The notes beneath the pieces are model-generated. The model saw only the letters and a list, made by a program, of their open reading frames with translations. It had not been told where the DNA came from and did no database searches. Shown here in pieces: positions 18,017 through 27,912 of a stretch of DNA of 64,000 nucleotides (position 1 is its first letter; the number at the start of each line of letters is the position of its first letter). The position numbers and the translations under genes are program-made. Location: positions 186,001 through 250,000 of the IMG/VR virus record IMGVR_UViG_3300036944_001324; one strand, given 5' to 3'.

Positions 18017-18349
18017 ATGACCATCAAGATCACTCTGTCTCTTACCAAGGCTGTTGATAGCGTACCCATCATTGCGCCGTCGGTATTCAAGATGCCTACT
18101 CAGATCGCCAGGCTCAAGCATGGCGAGAGTCGGGCCAATGATTACCACAAGTACTTTTGGGCTCGGCTTGGTCATAAGGACACAGATCTGGAGAGAGGGC
18201 TGAATGAGTTGGCTGACAAAGCCGCTGCAGCTGGTCAGCTGAAGCTCTACTGCGAATGCGGAGAGCTGGAAACCTGTCACGGAAACGTCATCCGCGACTA
18301 CTTGGTCTGGGAACTCGGCAAACGAGGTTTCTCGATCAAGGCAAAATAA
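18017..18349 (+). CDS. DUF4326-like protein
   Basis: C-terminal LYCECGELETCHGNVI matches the L.C.C....CH..v motif. Confidence 0.5.
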   Translation: MTIKITLSLTKAVDSVPIIAPSVFKMPTQIARLKHGESRANDYHKYFWARLGHKDTDLERGLNELADKAAAAGQLKLYCECGELETCHGNVIRDYLVWELGKRGFSIKAK

Positions 18350-18439
18350 GCAATCATAAATCCCCTTCTTGACCGTAATGGTGAGAAGGGGATTTATGTC
18401 GTCAACGTATAGCACCCCATCTAAAGAAAGACATCTGTC

Positions 18440-18859
18440 ATGAAACGCATCCATCGCAAAATCATCGCCCTGCAGGCTCGTGTAGCACGCCGTGCCGCCA
18501 AGGATCTCGTACGCAACGTCAGCAAAGATCGTTTTCGCTACCAGGCGGCCCGTGGTAAGAACTTCGATCTGTTTAAAGCCAGTTATCGTGCCGGTGGCGC
18601 TAAGCCTACGACTTTGGCCAAGATCATCCGCGCAATTGTGAGTGCTGATCGTAAGTTTGGCGCCTTGGCCTGCAGGCGCGGCGAGTCAGGCAGTCACACC
18701 TACAACCGTATTTACGGTTTTGATTTCAACAATCGTTCTGCGTTCATTCGCATTCTTGTAGGACCTTTCAACGAAGGCCTCATAGAAGAGGATGAAAACG
18801 GTGTCATGTACATCCGTGACGAAAGTTATTTCTCTACCATCGCCCAACTCATCTCTTAA
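18440..18859 (+). CDS. basic hypothetical protein
   Basis: Arg/Lys-rich ORF following a hairpin. Confidence 0.7.
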   Translation: MKRIHRKIIALQARVARRAAKDLVRNVSKDRFRYQAARGKNFDLFKASYRAGGAKPTTLAKIIRAIVSADRKFGALACRRGESGSHTYNRIYGFDFNNRSAFIRILVGPFNEGLIEEDENGVMYIRDESYFSTIAQLIS

Positions 18860-18870
18860 GGAGTATTTCC

Positions 18871-19482
18871 ATGTCCACTTCCATGATTGTTATCGATTCT
18901 GACAGCCTGCTCGTCGAACGCAAAGAAGGTGCTGATTGCGCCATCTTCCGTCCATTGCGTGTTGCCTCGGAACACGCTGTTACTCAACCGGTTAATGAAG
19001 AACCCCAAGATCCCGACGCTGAACAGCAAGAGGAAGAAGTGGTTCCACACACCGTCGCGATGACTTTGTACAACAGCGATAAGATGCTCACCCCTAAGCA
19101 GATCGCCGACTGGCTTCAGCACATGAAAGTTTCTGAGGTCGATATCGGGCTGCTCCCGGACATTTGCGATGATCTCTTGATTAGCAAACTCACCGCTGTG
19201 TGCTTGTTGTCTGACAACGCTGGCTTTGTGATCCATTCTGTTGTTCGCACTGCCTCTGGTGACTGGGAGTGTGTGACAAAGAAAGGCAGCGTCGACAAGT
19301 ACGCTGTGATCACCAGCGACGGTGTCGTCAATATGAACGACCGTACCCATCAAGCGGATTCTCCAGAAGAACACGCCATCGTGAGCTACGCAACGTATGC
19401 GCGTTACAACGACGAGCTGTCCAACAACTTCGACCACTACGTCGCGATGATCGATGAGATCATCGAAAACGCCCACATCTGA
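18871..19482 (+). CDS. acidic hypothetical protein
   Basis: AAGGAG RBS. Confidence 0.75.
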   Translation: MSTSMIVIDSDSLLVERKEGADCAIFRPLRVASEHAVTQPVNEEPQDPDAEQQEEEVVPHTVAMTLYNSDKMLTPKQIADWLQHMKVSEVDIGLLPDICDDLLISKLTAVCLLSDNAGFVIHSVVRTASGDWECVTKKGSVDKYAVITSDGVVNMNDRTHQADSPEEHAIVSYATYARYNDELSNNFDHYVAMIDEIIENAHI

Positions 19483-19499
19483 AGAAAGACTTCGCAACT

Positions 19500-19970
19500 A
19501 TGTCACTCCAACGCGACACTAAGCCGATGCGTCCTTACGACGAGCAGTACGAAACCAAGGCTTGCAACGACAAGGAAATCAAGTCTCTGAAGTTCATCAA
19601 TCCACGTGACATGGACTTCAAGTTTGCCGAAGACGAAGACATTCGTGGCGTGGCTTTCGTGATCCATGCCAATGAAGGCCCTCACGAAGGCCTCAAAGGC
19701 GTCTATTTCGGCAAGGGCCCCGTCACCCATGAACTCATGCGACAGTGGGCTTCTGGGCAGGGCAAATACGTGCCAGGACCCAAGCGCATGGAAGACCCGA
19801 ACTACACGTTCGGCTTCTACACGAACAAGGGCCATTTCTTCACACGGCGGGATACCATCTGGCTCGTGGAAGAAAACGGTATCAAGCTGGCCATCCCAAT
19901 GAGCCAAGTGAACTATCGCGACGGCTTGTTGTCTACGGACATCTGGGAAAACGCTAACTCCAGACGCTAA
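19500..19970 (+). CDS. hypothetical protein
   Basis: Packed ORF; GF.T.KG.F.TR motif common in phage proteins. Confidence 0.7.
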   Translation: MSLQRDTKPMRPYDEQYETKACNDKEIKSLKFINPRDMDFKFAEDEDIRGVAFVIHANEGPHEGLKGVYFGKGPVTHELMRQWASGQGKYVPGPKRMEDPNYTFGFYTNKGHFFTRRDTIWLVEENGIKLAIPMSQVNYRDGLLSTDIWENANSRR

Positions 19971-20176
19971 TGTCTCAACGACAAACTGCCAAGGAGAAGT
20001 TCATCGAAGTCTCGACTGACTCTTACGTCGGTCCTGACTCGATGACCATGACGCGAGAGCGCTACCGCGGTAGCGCTCTTTATGGCCTCTGGGTTCTCAG
20101 AGATGCCGATAACGAAGTCCTGGACCAGGACAGCAATCGCCACGATTTAATGGAACGCAACAACTTCCGCATTTGA
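19970..20176 (+). CDS. hypothetical protein
   Basis: TAATG translational coupling. Confidence 0.7.
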   Translation: MSQRQTAKEKFIEVSTDSYVGPDSMTMTRERYRGSALYGLWVLRDADNEVLDQDSNRHDLMERNNFRI

Positions 20177-20187
20177 AGGTAACCGCC

Positions 20188-20511
20188 ATGACAACCGAAA
20201 GCCTGAAGTCGATCGTAAAGACCGGCTGCAACGCATTTGCAGTGGGGGCCTTCGTCGTATTTTCAGATGTAACCAGTGGTCGTCTGACTATCCGAGAAGA
20301 TCAGATGGGTAAGTCCATTATCCTGAACGATACCATGCATCGTCTTTTGAACTCGGCGCTGAGGATGTGCGCCATCCTCAATCCCGGTGAGCGTTTTAAT
20401 ACCGATGATCTTCCCGATGGTTTTGTGGAAGCACTCGCATCTAAAGATCTGATTTTTGATGAAGCTCAAAGTCAAAACGGCTTGATAGTCGTAACCAAAA
20501 AAAGGGTGTGA
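20188..20511 (+). CDS. hypothetical protein
   Basis: ATG with GAAGG upstream. Confidence 0.65.
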   Translation: MTTESLKSIVKTGCNAFAVGAFVVFSDVTSGRLTIREDQMGKSIILNDTMHRLLNSALRMCAILNPGERFNTDDLPDGFVEALASKDLIFDEAQSQNGLIVVTKKRV

Positions 20512-20570
20512 CTACCGCCTTGAGTTCTGGTATGGAAAATACCTGCAATAATTCAACTGAAAGAAAAACA

Positions 20571-20912
20571 ATGGCAACGAAAGCAAGTGATCCTGCAATG
20601 GCGGCGTTTGTTCAGACGCTCAAAGCCATGTTCCAAGAAGCGGCTGCTGGTAAACGTCTCGTCTTTAATCCGCTGGGTACTCAGCAAGGCAGCATCTTCA
20701 TCGGTAAGGACTACAAGGTGCTGACGCAGATGTCTCACCCGCACCTGACTGCCGGCATGGGACAGAACTATTACCCCAAGCCAGGGCTGGTGGACGCCCT
20801 CAAAGCAGCGGGTCTTACACTGCAAGAAGAGTTCCTAAAACAACGTTTCTTCTGTGTGACCAAAGCTGGTTGCGAATACCGTCTCATTTTCTGGATTAAC
20901 TCTGACAACTAA
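20571..20912 (+). CDS. hypothetical protein
   Basis: Packed ORF. Confidence 0.65.
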   Translation: MATKASDPAMAAFVQTLKAMFQEAAAGKRLVFNPLGTQQGSIFIGKDYKVLTQMSHPHLTAGMGQNYYPKPGLVDALKAAGLTLQEEFLKQRFFCVTKAGCEYRLIFWINSDN

Positions 20913-20922
20913 GGAGTCTGTC

Positions 20923-21669
20923 ATGCGAGTTCTTGTTTCTAACACCCCTGTTCAAAAACCATTGTTGGCTGACATCGCTCTGCACAGCTTCATCAACGGT
21001 TCCCTGTTCCTCACGACAGGGATTCAAGTGGAGCACGGAAAGATTCACTTGAGTGACCGCACCATCGTTGAAGACGGCGTTGGCGGCTGGATCAAAAACT
21101 ACAGCCCTGATTCGTGGTGTGCTGTGCTCGGTTACAAGAGCACCAACATCATCCTCGGCGTAGGGATATTCGACAGCTGGTATCTCGATCGCTTGAAAGA
21201 TCAACTCGAGTCCATCCTTGGAAACGAGACCGTCACTATTGAGACGGAGCGGATCTTCTACACCGAAGACGACAAGCTGGAAGCAAGCTTGAAGACATCG
21301 ATCGTCGTTCCCAGCAAACGACTCACGGTTTTGTTGTCCCCGTACAACTACGACCATTCTGAAGGTCAGGACATCGCCGAAGTCGGTGAAGTGGTGACCC
21401 ATCTGGATGGAGTGGAAGATCCTCGTGACAAAAAGGTTTCTGACACTCGCCTGATTATGAAACTTGCTCAGCCTCTTGATCCAGAAGCCGTCAAGAAGGT
21501 GATCGAGGAAAACCCGCACCGGATCTCGCTCGATCCTGATAACGAGAACTTCCATATCCGTCACAGTCCCGGCGGTAAGAAGGAGCGCGGAGTTCTGGAT
21601 GCAGACGGGCAGTTCATTCCACTCCCTGACGATCAACAACCCTGGAAGGATCAAGATGGAACTGTTTAA
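20923..21669 (+). CDS. hypothetical protein
   Basis: AAGGAG RBS. Confidence 0.75.
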   Translation: MRVLVSNTPVQKPLLADIALHSFINGSLFLTTGIQVEHGKIHLSDRTIVEDGVGGWIKNYSPDSWCAVLGYKSTNIILGVGIFDSWYLDRLKDQLESILGNETVTIETERIFYTEDDKLEASLKTSIVVPSKRLTVLLSPYNYDHSEGQDIAEVGEVVTHLDGVEDPRDKKVSDTRLIMKLAQPLDPEAVKKVIEENPHRISLDPDNENFHIRHSPGGKKERGVLDADGQFIPLPDDQQPWKDQDGTV

Positions 21670-23215
21670 ACCAAGGGATCTTGGTAACTGGTCAGCTATG
21701 CGATTCGCTCATCTTTCTTGTGGGGCTCAATTTGCTTTGGCTGAGTGGCTCTGGTGTTTTTCAGTTTTAAGACACTATCGTGAAAAAAGAGTTGCAGAAC
21801 TCTACGAATCTCCAACTCTACGCTATTTCTTCGAAGATGGTTTTTACAGGCCAGCTGATCCCGTTAGCGTCGATATCGCTACGCCTCGTGAGTACGGATT
21901 TTCTAACAGATTTACTAGACGATCCCGAGAAATGCGCACGGAGTTTGTAGGGCAACATTTTTCCATCGTGCCGAAACTGCGAAATCCAGATTTTGATAAA
22001 GGATGGGCATCGTCTACTGAAGACGATACCGAAACCTACGCCACGTACGCATACAGAACTGAAATATTTCACAACGCCATAAAGAAAATGACAAATCAAG
22101 CACCTCAAGCGCAAAACAACAACCTGACGACCGACGAACTTTACGTTCTGGCCATCATCCGACCTAACATCATGACGTCGGAAAACTACGCTTCGACGTT
22201 CATCCGTGACAACGATGTGTTTTTCACGTATGAACACATGGACCCTTCCAAAAAGGTCATGTTATCCAATGTGGACGGCTGGAAGGCTTTCTATGCCGAT
22301 CGTTTCCCAGGTTGCACAGTCAGCGTAGAGAAAGGCGTTCACAAGGGCGATGAAGTGCATTCACTGCGGTTTGTAGTGATGACGTCAGAACGAAAAATGG
22401 TATTGGTCTGGCTGGTGGCTGGGGATACCTATTCCCTCCACTACAAAAATCTGAAAGACGTCGAGGACCTGGTTAAATACATGCAAGGTATGCATGTGCC
22501 TAAAAAGCGAACCATCGTCCGCTGCTACTCAGGTGGCGACAAACTGATCACCAGCTCGGTGACTGTTGATGGTAAGTACCAAATTCATGATGAGTTCTAC
22601 CCGATGGTGGAACATATCGGCGGTATGAACGCTGTTCTGGACGGGTTCAAGAAGTCTTCCAGCAACCTGATGATCTTGGCGGGTCAATGGGGTGGTGGTA
22701 AGAGCGCTTTGTTCCAAGCATTGTGCTACAGCGACGAAAACGAAGCCAACAAGTACTACCTCATAGACGACCCCGCGGTGTATTCCGACTCTGCTTTGTT
22801 TTCTTCATTGATCGGTAAGATCGAAACTAACACCCGTGAGGGCGTTACGTCGTATCTGTTCCTGGAGGAAGCAGACGACTACATCCGCAGCAAGAAGAAC
22901 AACCCCTTCTTGTCTCGTCTGGCCGCCTTGACGGCCGGTGCGGCGCCTCTCAAGCTCAAGATCATGACCGCCACTAACGACAGCAGCGAAAGCGAGATCG
23001 ACAGCGCTCTCACGCGCGGCGGGCGCCTCTACGCGATGATCAAGTTCGGTCTGTTGACGCCCGAGCAAGCCAACACTTCTCGTGCAGTTTTGGATCTGAA
23101 ACCACGTGAGTTCGACAAGAACGTTACGTTGGCTGAGGCGCTGACAGAAGCTCCGATCATCACCGGCGCTGGAACCACCAAGTCCAACCGCATTGCTGTG
23201 GGTTTCACATCGTGA
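21656..23215 (+). CDS. AAA+ ATPase
   Basis: Walker A GQWGGGKS, Walker B LFLEEAD, sensor TATN and arginine-finger region DSALTRGGR. Confidence 0.85.
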   Translation: MELFKPRDLGNWSAMRFAHLSCGAQFALAEWLWCFSVLRHYREKRVAELYESPTLRYFFEDGFYRPADPVSVDIATPREYGFSNRFTRRSREMRTEFVGQHFSIVPKLRNPDFDKGWASSTEDDTETYATYAYRTEIFHNAIKKMTNQAPQAQNNNLTTDELYVLAIIRPNIMTSENYASTFIRDNDVFFTYEHMDPSKKVMLSNVDGWKAFYADRFPGCTVSVEKGVHKGDEVHSLRFVVMTSERKMVLVWLVAGDTYSLHYKNLKDVEDLVKYMQGMHVPKKRTIVRCYSGGDKLITSSVTVDGKYQIHDEFYPMVEHIGGMNAVLDGFKKSSSNLMILAGQWGGGKSALFQALCYSDENEANKYYLIDDPAVYSDSALFSSLIGKIETNTREGVTSYLFLEEADDYIRSKKNNPFLSRLAALTAGAAPLKLKIMTATNDSSESEIDSALTRGGRLYAMIKFGLLTPEQANTSRAVLDLKPREFDKNVTLAEALTEAPIITGAGTTKSNRIAVGFTS

Positions 23216-23520
23216 AAACATACCATCGAGAAAAACTGACTGGTAAAACTTCTTACCGGGAAGGTATTTTCGGTGGTTTGGTACTGACTGTGGAAGTAAA
23301 AGAGCAGACTGCAACAGGTACGCTCTTTTACGGCCTCGTGCCAGCCCCGCCGCCGTTTCATTACACCAATGAGCAAAAAGCTCAATGGAATCGAGAACAG
23401 TACGTCAAGACAGAAGACTCCTGGACTACTGTTCGAACTTTCTATCGGGATGCCAAGAAATCCGACATGGTTTTCTTGGAGCAACTAAAGAACCAAGGGC
23501 AAGAAAATGCAGATCAATAA
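23212..23520 (+). CDS. hypothetical protein
   Basis: GTGA overlap with the ATPase stop codon. Confidence 0.65.
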   Translation: MKTYHREKLTGKTSYREGIFGGLVLTVEVKEQTATGTLFYGLVPAPPPFHYTNEQKAQWNREQYVKTEDSWTTVRTFYRDAKKSDMVFLEQLKNQGQENADQ

Positions 23521-24238
23521 AGTGGCTCAGCGCCGTAAGCGACACCTGGCAGCTCGTCAAGTATCGCTGTTCAAACATTCGTATGTTTTGTACGATAACG
23601 CTCCTGAGGTGAAGTACGACACAAAACGCGGACCCGTCATCATTGCTGGTGAACGCCAAACAGGTAAAACAGTAGCACTGATGCAGATGGCTATCGATCT
23701 CGTGCGAAACACACCGCATCCAGTAAGGGGAAAACGAAACCTGATTGTTATCTCTGTTAGTAACGAGGTCGTTGATAGCATTTGGTGTTTGCTCTACTCG
23801 CTGATGCTCACAGGTGTTCCTGGCAAACAGATCACAGGACCACGTACTTCTGAAATGCTGTTGAAACAATGGCTCAAGAGTTTCAAGATTGACGTTGTGA
23901 TTGGGTCAGAGCGCGCACTCAACATAGAGCCAACTAATTACGAAGTCATCCACAGACTCAACGACGCGCCAGAGCAGCACGGCACGATGTGGCCCGGGAT
24001 GGGGTATTTCGTTCCGGGTGTACGCTGTACGACTATAGCGAAATACAAGCGCGAACAAGCGTTCTCTTACGAATGTTCGATGAGATTCTTGTTCGCTTCT
24101 CAAATCGTAATCGAGACTTCAATAATCGGTAACGATGAAATCGGACACATGGTCAGAGGCACGCTTGCACGCGCGCAGACTATGCCGACTGGTCATAGTT
24201 TCACCATTGGCTTCCTTCCCAAGAAGACCAATGGCTGA
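23507..24238 (+). CDS. P-loop NTPase-like protein
   Basis: VIIAGERQTGKT Walker A after a beta strand; no clear Walker B. Confidence 0.55.
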   Translation: MQINKVAQRRKRHLAARQVSLFKHSYVLYDNAPEVKYDTKRGPVIIAGERQTGKTVALMQMAIDLVRNTPHPVRGKRNLIVISVSNEVVDSIWCLLYSLMLTGVPGKQITGPRTSEMLLKQWLKSFKIDVVIGSERALNIEPTNYEVIHRLNDAPEQHGTMWPGMGYFVPGVRCTTIAKYKREQAFSYECSMRFLFASQIVIETSIIGNDEIGHMVRGTLARAQTMPTGHSFTIGFLPKKTNG

Positions 24239-24318
24239 TCCCTCCACATGGGTATACAGACCCCGTTACGGCGGGCTCTTAGATGACATCACACATCAAC
24301 TCAAGCAAAGGAATGAAG

Positions 24319-24621
24319 ATGCCCATACGCGATCACGAATCGAATCGTCAACGCCAACCACGGCGTTTCAGTCGCAAGGTCCGCAAGACGCTGCAAAACG
24401 CTTACCGGAAGTACCTCAATGATTCCCGGGCAAAGATCCGTGAAGATATCCGACGACTGATGCAGTTGAACCGTACCATCGTCCTGAAGAATCGCAAGCG
24501 TTCCAACAAGATCGGCATAGCCGCACAACCTTGCTCTTCTTATCGCGAGAAGAATCCCGAGTTTGGTAACATCGTCATCATTGACTGTCACGGCAGTCAC
24601 ATGATCAGCAAAGCGGGATAA
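24319..24621 (+). CDS. basic hypothetical protein
   Basis: AAGGA 6 nt upstream of the ATG; Arg/Lys-rich. Confidence 0.55.
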   Translation: MPIRDHESNRQRQPRRFSRKVRKTLQNAYRKYLNDSRAKIREDIRRLMQLNRTIVLKNRKRSNKIGIAAQPCSSYREKNPEFGNIVIIDCHGSHMISKAG

Positions 24622-24679
24622 CCATGTCAAAATGACCATCAATGAACTGTTGGTCCAAGAAATAAACGGGTAAAAATCA

Positions 24680-25066
24680 ATGACATCAAATTTACTGATT
24701 GTTTGGGTATTCCTAGTATCGATTACAGCCGTCGTTGCTGCTGTCAGTGCGGTGAAGTTCAAGCTGGACGTTGCAGAGTTTTTTGCCGTGGGGTTTGTCG
24801 CTCTGATTTTGATGCCTGCTCTTTACTTACAACTAATGGCGCTGTATCAGTCACTGACTGTTCAAGAATACAGGATGTTTATCGATGCTTCCATATTCCC
24901 TGCACAGGCCGTGTGGTTCGGGTTCATGCTGGGGGTCATGGCGGTTTGGATGCTCTGGATATTCACCGGTAAACATTCACAAAAAGCCCTCTTCATCTCA
25001 CTTGCCATCGTTACGGTGATTGGTGTCGTTTCGGCGTCAATTATTCATTTTGTTCTCACTAAGTAA
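24680..25066 (+). CDS. membrane protein (about 4 TM)
   Basis: Four hydrophobic segments. Confidence 0.7.
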   Translation: MTSNLLIVWVFLVSITAVVAAVSAVKFKLDVAEFFAVGFVALILMPALYLQLMALYQSLTVQEYRMFIDASIFPAQAVWFGFMLGVMAVWMLWIFTGKHSQKALFISLAIVTVIGVVSASIIHFVLTK

Positions 25067-25071
25067 CTCCC

Positions 25072-25281
25072 ATGGAAAAACATATCAAATTCCTGCGCTT
25101 CATCGCCTTTATCCTGTTCATGGGGTTTCTTTACTTCGTGTTCAGAGCCTATGACACCGGATGGATTTTCAACGTGAGTATTGGAACGTTCTTCCTGCTC
25201 GCTTTGGCGATCTCTACCGTTGTTTACTTCTTCATCGGGCCTGCACTCAAGTGGCTCTTCCCAACCAAGGACAAAAAGTGA
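25072..25281 (+). CDS. small membrane protein (2 TM)
   Basis: Two hydrophobic segments. Confidence 0.7.
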   Translation: MEKHIKFLRFIAFILFMGFLYFVFRAYDTGWIFNVSIGTFFLLALAISTVVYFFIGPALKWLFPTKDKK

Positions 25282-25994
25282 TCAAAACTTTGAAACTGTT
25301 TTCTCTGCTGCTGGTTGCAGCTTTTCTGGTGGCTTGTAACAAGGCGCCCAGCAACGTACACGTGATCAACACCACGGACTGTGGGGTCACTTGGAAGCAG
25401 ATCCCTACGGGGTCTGCGGTGCCCAAGACCCCGATGCATTGCGAGTACAACGTCGCGTTGCCTAACTGGCCGATGGCCGGTGATGCCGAGTTCCGAACAC
25501 AGTTCCAAAAGAACGTGATGGCCAAGGTACGCATCAGCTACACGTACGAGATCGATGATCCTGTTATGTACGTGAAGGAAGCACGCTACCTCGGCAAAAT
25601 GGGCGGGTCTCTCGAACTGTCGGCCAGCAGCGTTGGTGATCAGTACGAGCTGGCCGAGAACATCATCATCGACAAACGCTTTCGTGAGATCATGACCGAG
25701 ATCACACGCAACATCGATGTGATCACGTTTGACTCAGCCAAGCTCGAAGCCCAGGTGGAAAAAGAAATCACCGATCACCTGAAGAAGAACGGCATCAGTA
25801 TGGGTGACATCGCTATGGTGATCGAGCTCGATGAGTTGACGCGTCTTTCCATCGATACGGTGACGGCCATTCGTTTGTTCGAATCGGCTGGTGCTGCGGA
25901 AGTGGGGCGTGAAGTTCTCAAAGGTCGCGCTAGCGCTACCCGCATCATCGTCAGCAACGATCAACCGTCCAAACAAGCTAGTTCCAAAGACTAG
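25278..25994 (+). CDS. SPFH/band-7-like lipoprotein
   Basis: GTG overlapping the upstream stop; lipobox FLVA-C; SPFH-like core (ISYTYEI.DP ... FDSAKLE ... GISMGDI). Confidence 0.6.
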   Translation: MIKTLKLFSLLLVAAFLVACNKAPSNVHVINTTDCGVTWKQIPTGSAVPKTPMHCEYNVALPNWPMAGDAEFRTQFQKNVMAKVRISYTYEIDDPVMYVKEARYLGKMGGSLELSASSVGDQYELAENIIIDKRFREIMTEITRNIDVITFDSAKLEAQVEKEITDHLKKNGISMGDIAMVIELDELTRLSIDTVTAIRLFESAGAAEVGREVLKGRASATRIIVSNDQPSKQASSKD

Positions 25995-26146
25995 CGTTTC
26001 CCGAAAGAAGTTTCGCATGAATCCTCAAGGAATGCCATTCGCTTCGTACATGATCGAAAGACTCATGAACGCGGTGTACAACAGCAAAGGTGCCGTGATG
26101 GCGCAGAAGGGGTCCACCGGACCTCCTGCAGCCCAGGAGAAGCATC

Positions 26147-26416
26147 TTGCAAAAACATCATCGCGGCGAACGCCGCTTCCAAACTGAACGCCTGAAAAAG
26201 AAGCGTCAGTTCTATTGGGGTTATAGTCCAGATAGCCCTTTTGAAGAAACGCGAGTTATGTCTATTATCCAATTGTCACGAGTGGTACAGAATCCTGCTA
26301 TCTGCTCGTGTGGTCTTTGTGGTCACGCAGCCCGTGGTTACTATGGAAATGGTTGGGAAGGCAAAACTGTGCAAGAACTGTCAGATCTGGAAGTGATTCG
26401 TAAACATCTGGTCTGA
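26147..26416 (+). CDS. small basic protein with a CSCxxC motif
   Basis: R...RLKKKR..YWG and CSCGLCG...KT.QE pattern seen in many phages. Confidence 0.65.
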   Translation: MQKHHRGERRFQTERLKKKRQFYWGYSPDSPFEETRVMSIIQLSRVVQNPAICSCGLCGHAARGYYGNGWEGKTVQELSDLEVIRKHLV

Positions 26417-26426
26417 TTACACTAGC

Positions 26427-26466
26427 AGCATAAAACGAGGTGGGGAAACCCACCTCGTATGCCGTC
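26427..26466 (+). terminator. CATAA/TATGCCG-flanked hairpin
   Basis: acgaggtggg/cccacctcgt stem. Confidence 0.7.
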
Positions 26467-26552
26467 TGTAAATGCTTGCTAATAAATAAATCTTGGTCAT
26501 ATATGATCGCTGTGCGTTAAGTCGCCATTCACTATTTTTAAAGGAAGTCGTT

Positions 26553-27839
26553 ATGACAAAAGTAGGACAAAAGAAAGCCGATAAGACTGAAGCGGTAACC
26601 AGTGCAGCAACTGGTCCAGAACTGACCACAGCAGCAACGCTGGGCAGTGAATTCAAAATGAGTGGTGCGAGCGTTACCAAGCATCTCGAAAATGCCAAGG
26701 TGCCAGTCGCATCTACCATGGTGTCCGGCAAGCGTAACTTTGTCTTCTACGACAAGGCCAAAGCCACAGCCGCTATCAAAGCACAGATCGCTGAGAAGGC
26801 CAGGATCGAAGCTGAGAAGGCACGGGCTAAGGAAGCTGCAAAACAGCGTACAGCTGAAAAGTCCGAGTCGAAGCCTGCAGAACAAACAGCAATAGCTGTT
26901 CCGGGTGACGTCAGCAGAATTGCGGCCAACGTTGGCGCTCTGCAGGATCTGGTAATGCTGCATCAGGACATCGCGACCAAGCAGTTCGATCTCCTGAACA
27001 TGAAGGCGGACCGCCTGGAAAAGAAGCAAGTCAACCTCGACAAGGACGTGTTGGCCGCTGCTGTGAAAACGGCAATGGGTGACGGTCTGGCAACTGTGAC
27101 TTCTGCTATTCGCCGTCAGCGCGAAGATGCTGACAAGGAGTTCAATGCTCAGCGTTTGGCTGTCGAGGCGCAGTTTGTGAAAGTCACCAGCCAGCTCGAT
27201 AACTTGCTTCAGCGGGTTTCGGCCTTGACAGATGTTGTTGGTGCGTTGGAAAACACCATCCTCGCCATTCACACAGCTCCGGAGCCACAAGCTCCTATTG
27301 CTGAGTCCAACAAGAGCGGGGAGGCGAATCAGGAACAACATTTTTTTCAAAGCGGCCAGGGCGACAAGCCAGAAGTACCAAAGGATCAAAACTCCTCGCA
27401 TAAAGACGCGGACGTTGTTCCTGCAGGTTCTGGTAAAGCTCGGCGCCAACTTGAACAGGTCCTACGTGATGGACAGTTCGGCAAAGGCACAGACGCGATT
27501 AGTGGCGATTATCAAAAATCACCAAGCGATGAAAAAGCTGTTACGGATGCCGGACCAAAGCCTCGAGTCCTGATCTTGGGTCTGCACGACAATAAGGTCC
27601 GTCATATCGCTAGCTTTAAAAGCAAGCTCGATATGACGATTTTCAACCCTGATGAAGCAACCACTCGGATGGGTAAGACACCTCCAAAGGCGGACTACAT
27701 TATCCAGATGATCGATTACATCTCTCACACCGTCAGCAACAAAGTTGACGCTGGATTGGAGAGCATTCTGATCAGTGGTGGATTGTCGACGCTGCGTCGT
27801 GAGCTCAACAAGATCGTGAAAAAGCACCAGCCGGCATAA
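26553..27839 (+). CDS. coiled-coil protein with a C-terminal DUF2325-like alpha/beta domain
   Basis: AAGGA RBS; Ala/Glu/Lys-rich coiled coil; C-terminal RVLILG...ADYII...YISH...GGLS.L motif. Confidence 0.6.
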   Translation: MTKVGQKKADKTEAVTSAATGPELTTAATLGSEFKMSGASVTKHLENAKVPVASTMVSGKRNFVFYDKAKATAAIKAQIAEKARIEAEKARAKEAAKQRTAEKSESKPAEQTAIAVPGDVSRIAANVGALQDLVMLHQDIATKQFDLLNMKADRLEKKQVNLDKDVLAAAVKTAMGDGLATVTSAIRRQREDADKEFNAQRLAVEAQFVKVTSQLDNLLQRVSALTDVVGALENTILAIHTAPEPQAPIAESNKSGEANQEQHFFQSGQGDKPEVPKDQNSSHKDADVVPAGSGKARRQLEQVLRDGQFGKGTDAISGDYQKSPSDEKAVTDAGPKPRVLILGLHDNKVRHIASFKSKLDMTIFNPDEATTRMGKTPPKADYIIQMIDYISHTVSNKVDAGLESILISGGLSTLRRELNKIVKKHQPA

Positions 27840-27874
27840 AAGGTAGCTAGGGAAGCTTTTGCTTCCCTAGCCTT
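27832..27874 (+). terminator. hairpin after CGGCATAA
   Basis: gctagggaagc/gcttccctagc stem. Confidence 0.7.
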
Positions 27875-27912
27875 CTATTCAATTTTTTGTTTCAAAGATA
27901 GTGAGAATCGCA

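Noticed and set aside
24135-24422. 95-aa ORF overlapping 23507..24238 and 24319..24621
   Set aside because: It overlaps two better-supported ORFs. A short version starting at ATG 24231 is possible but unsupported.
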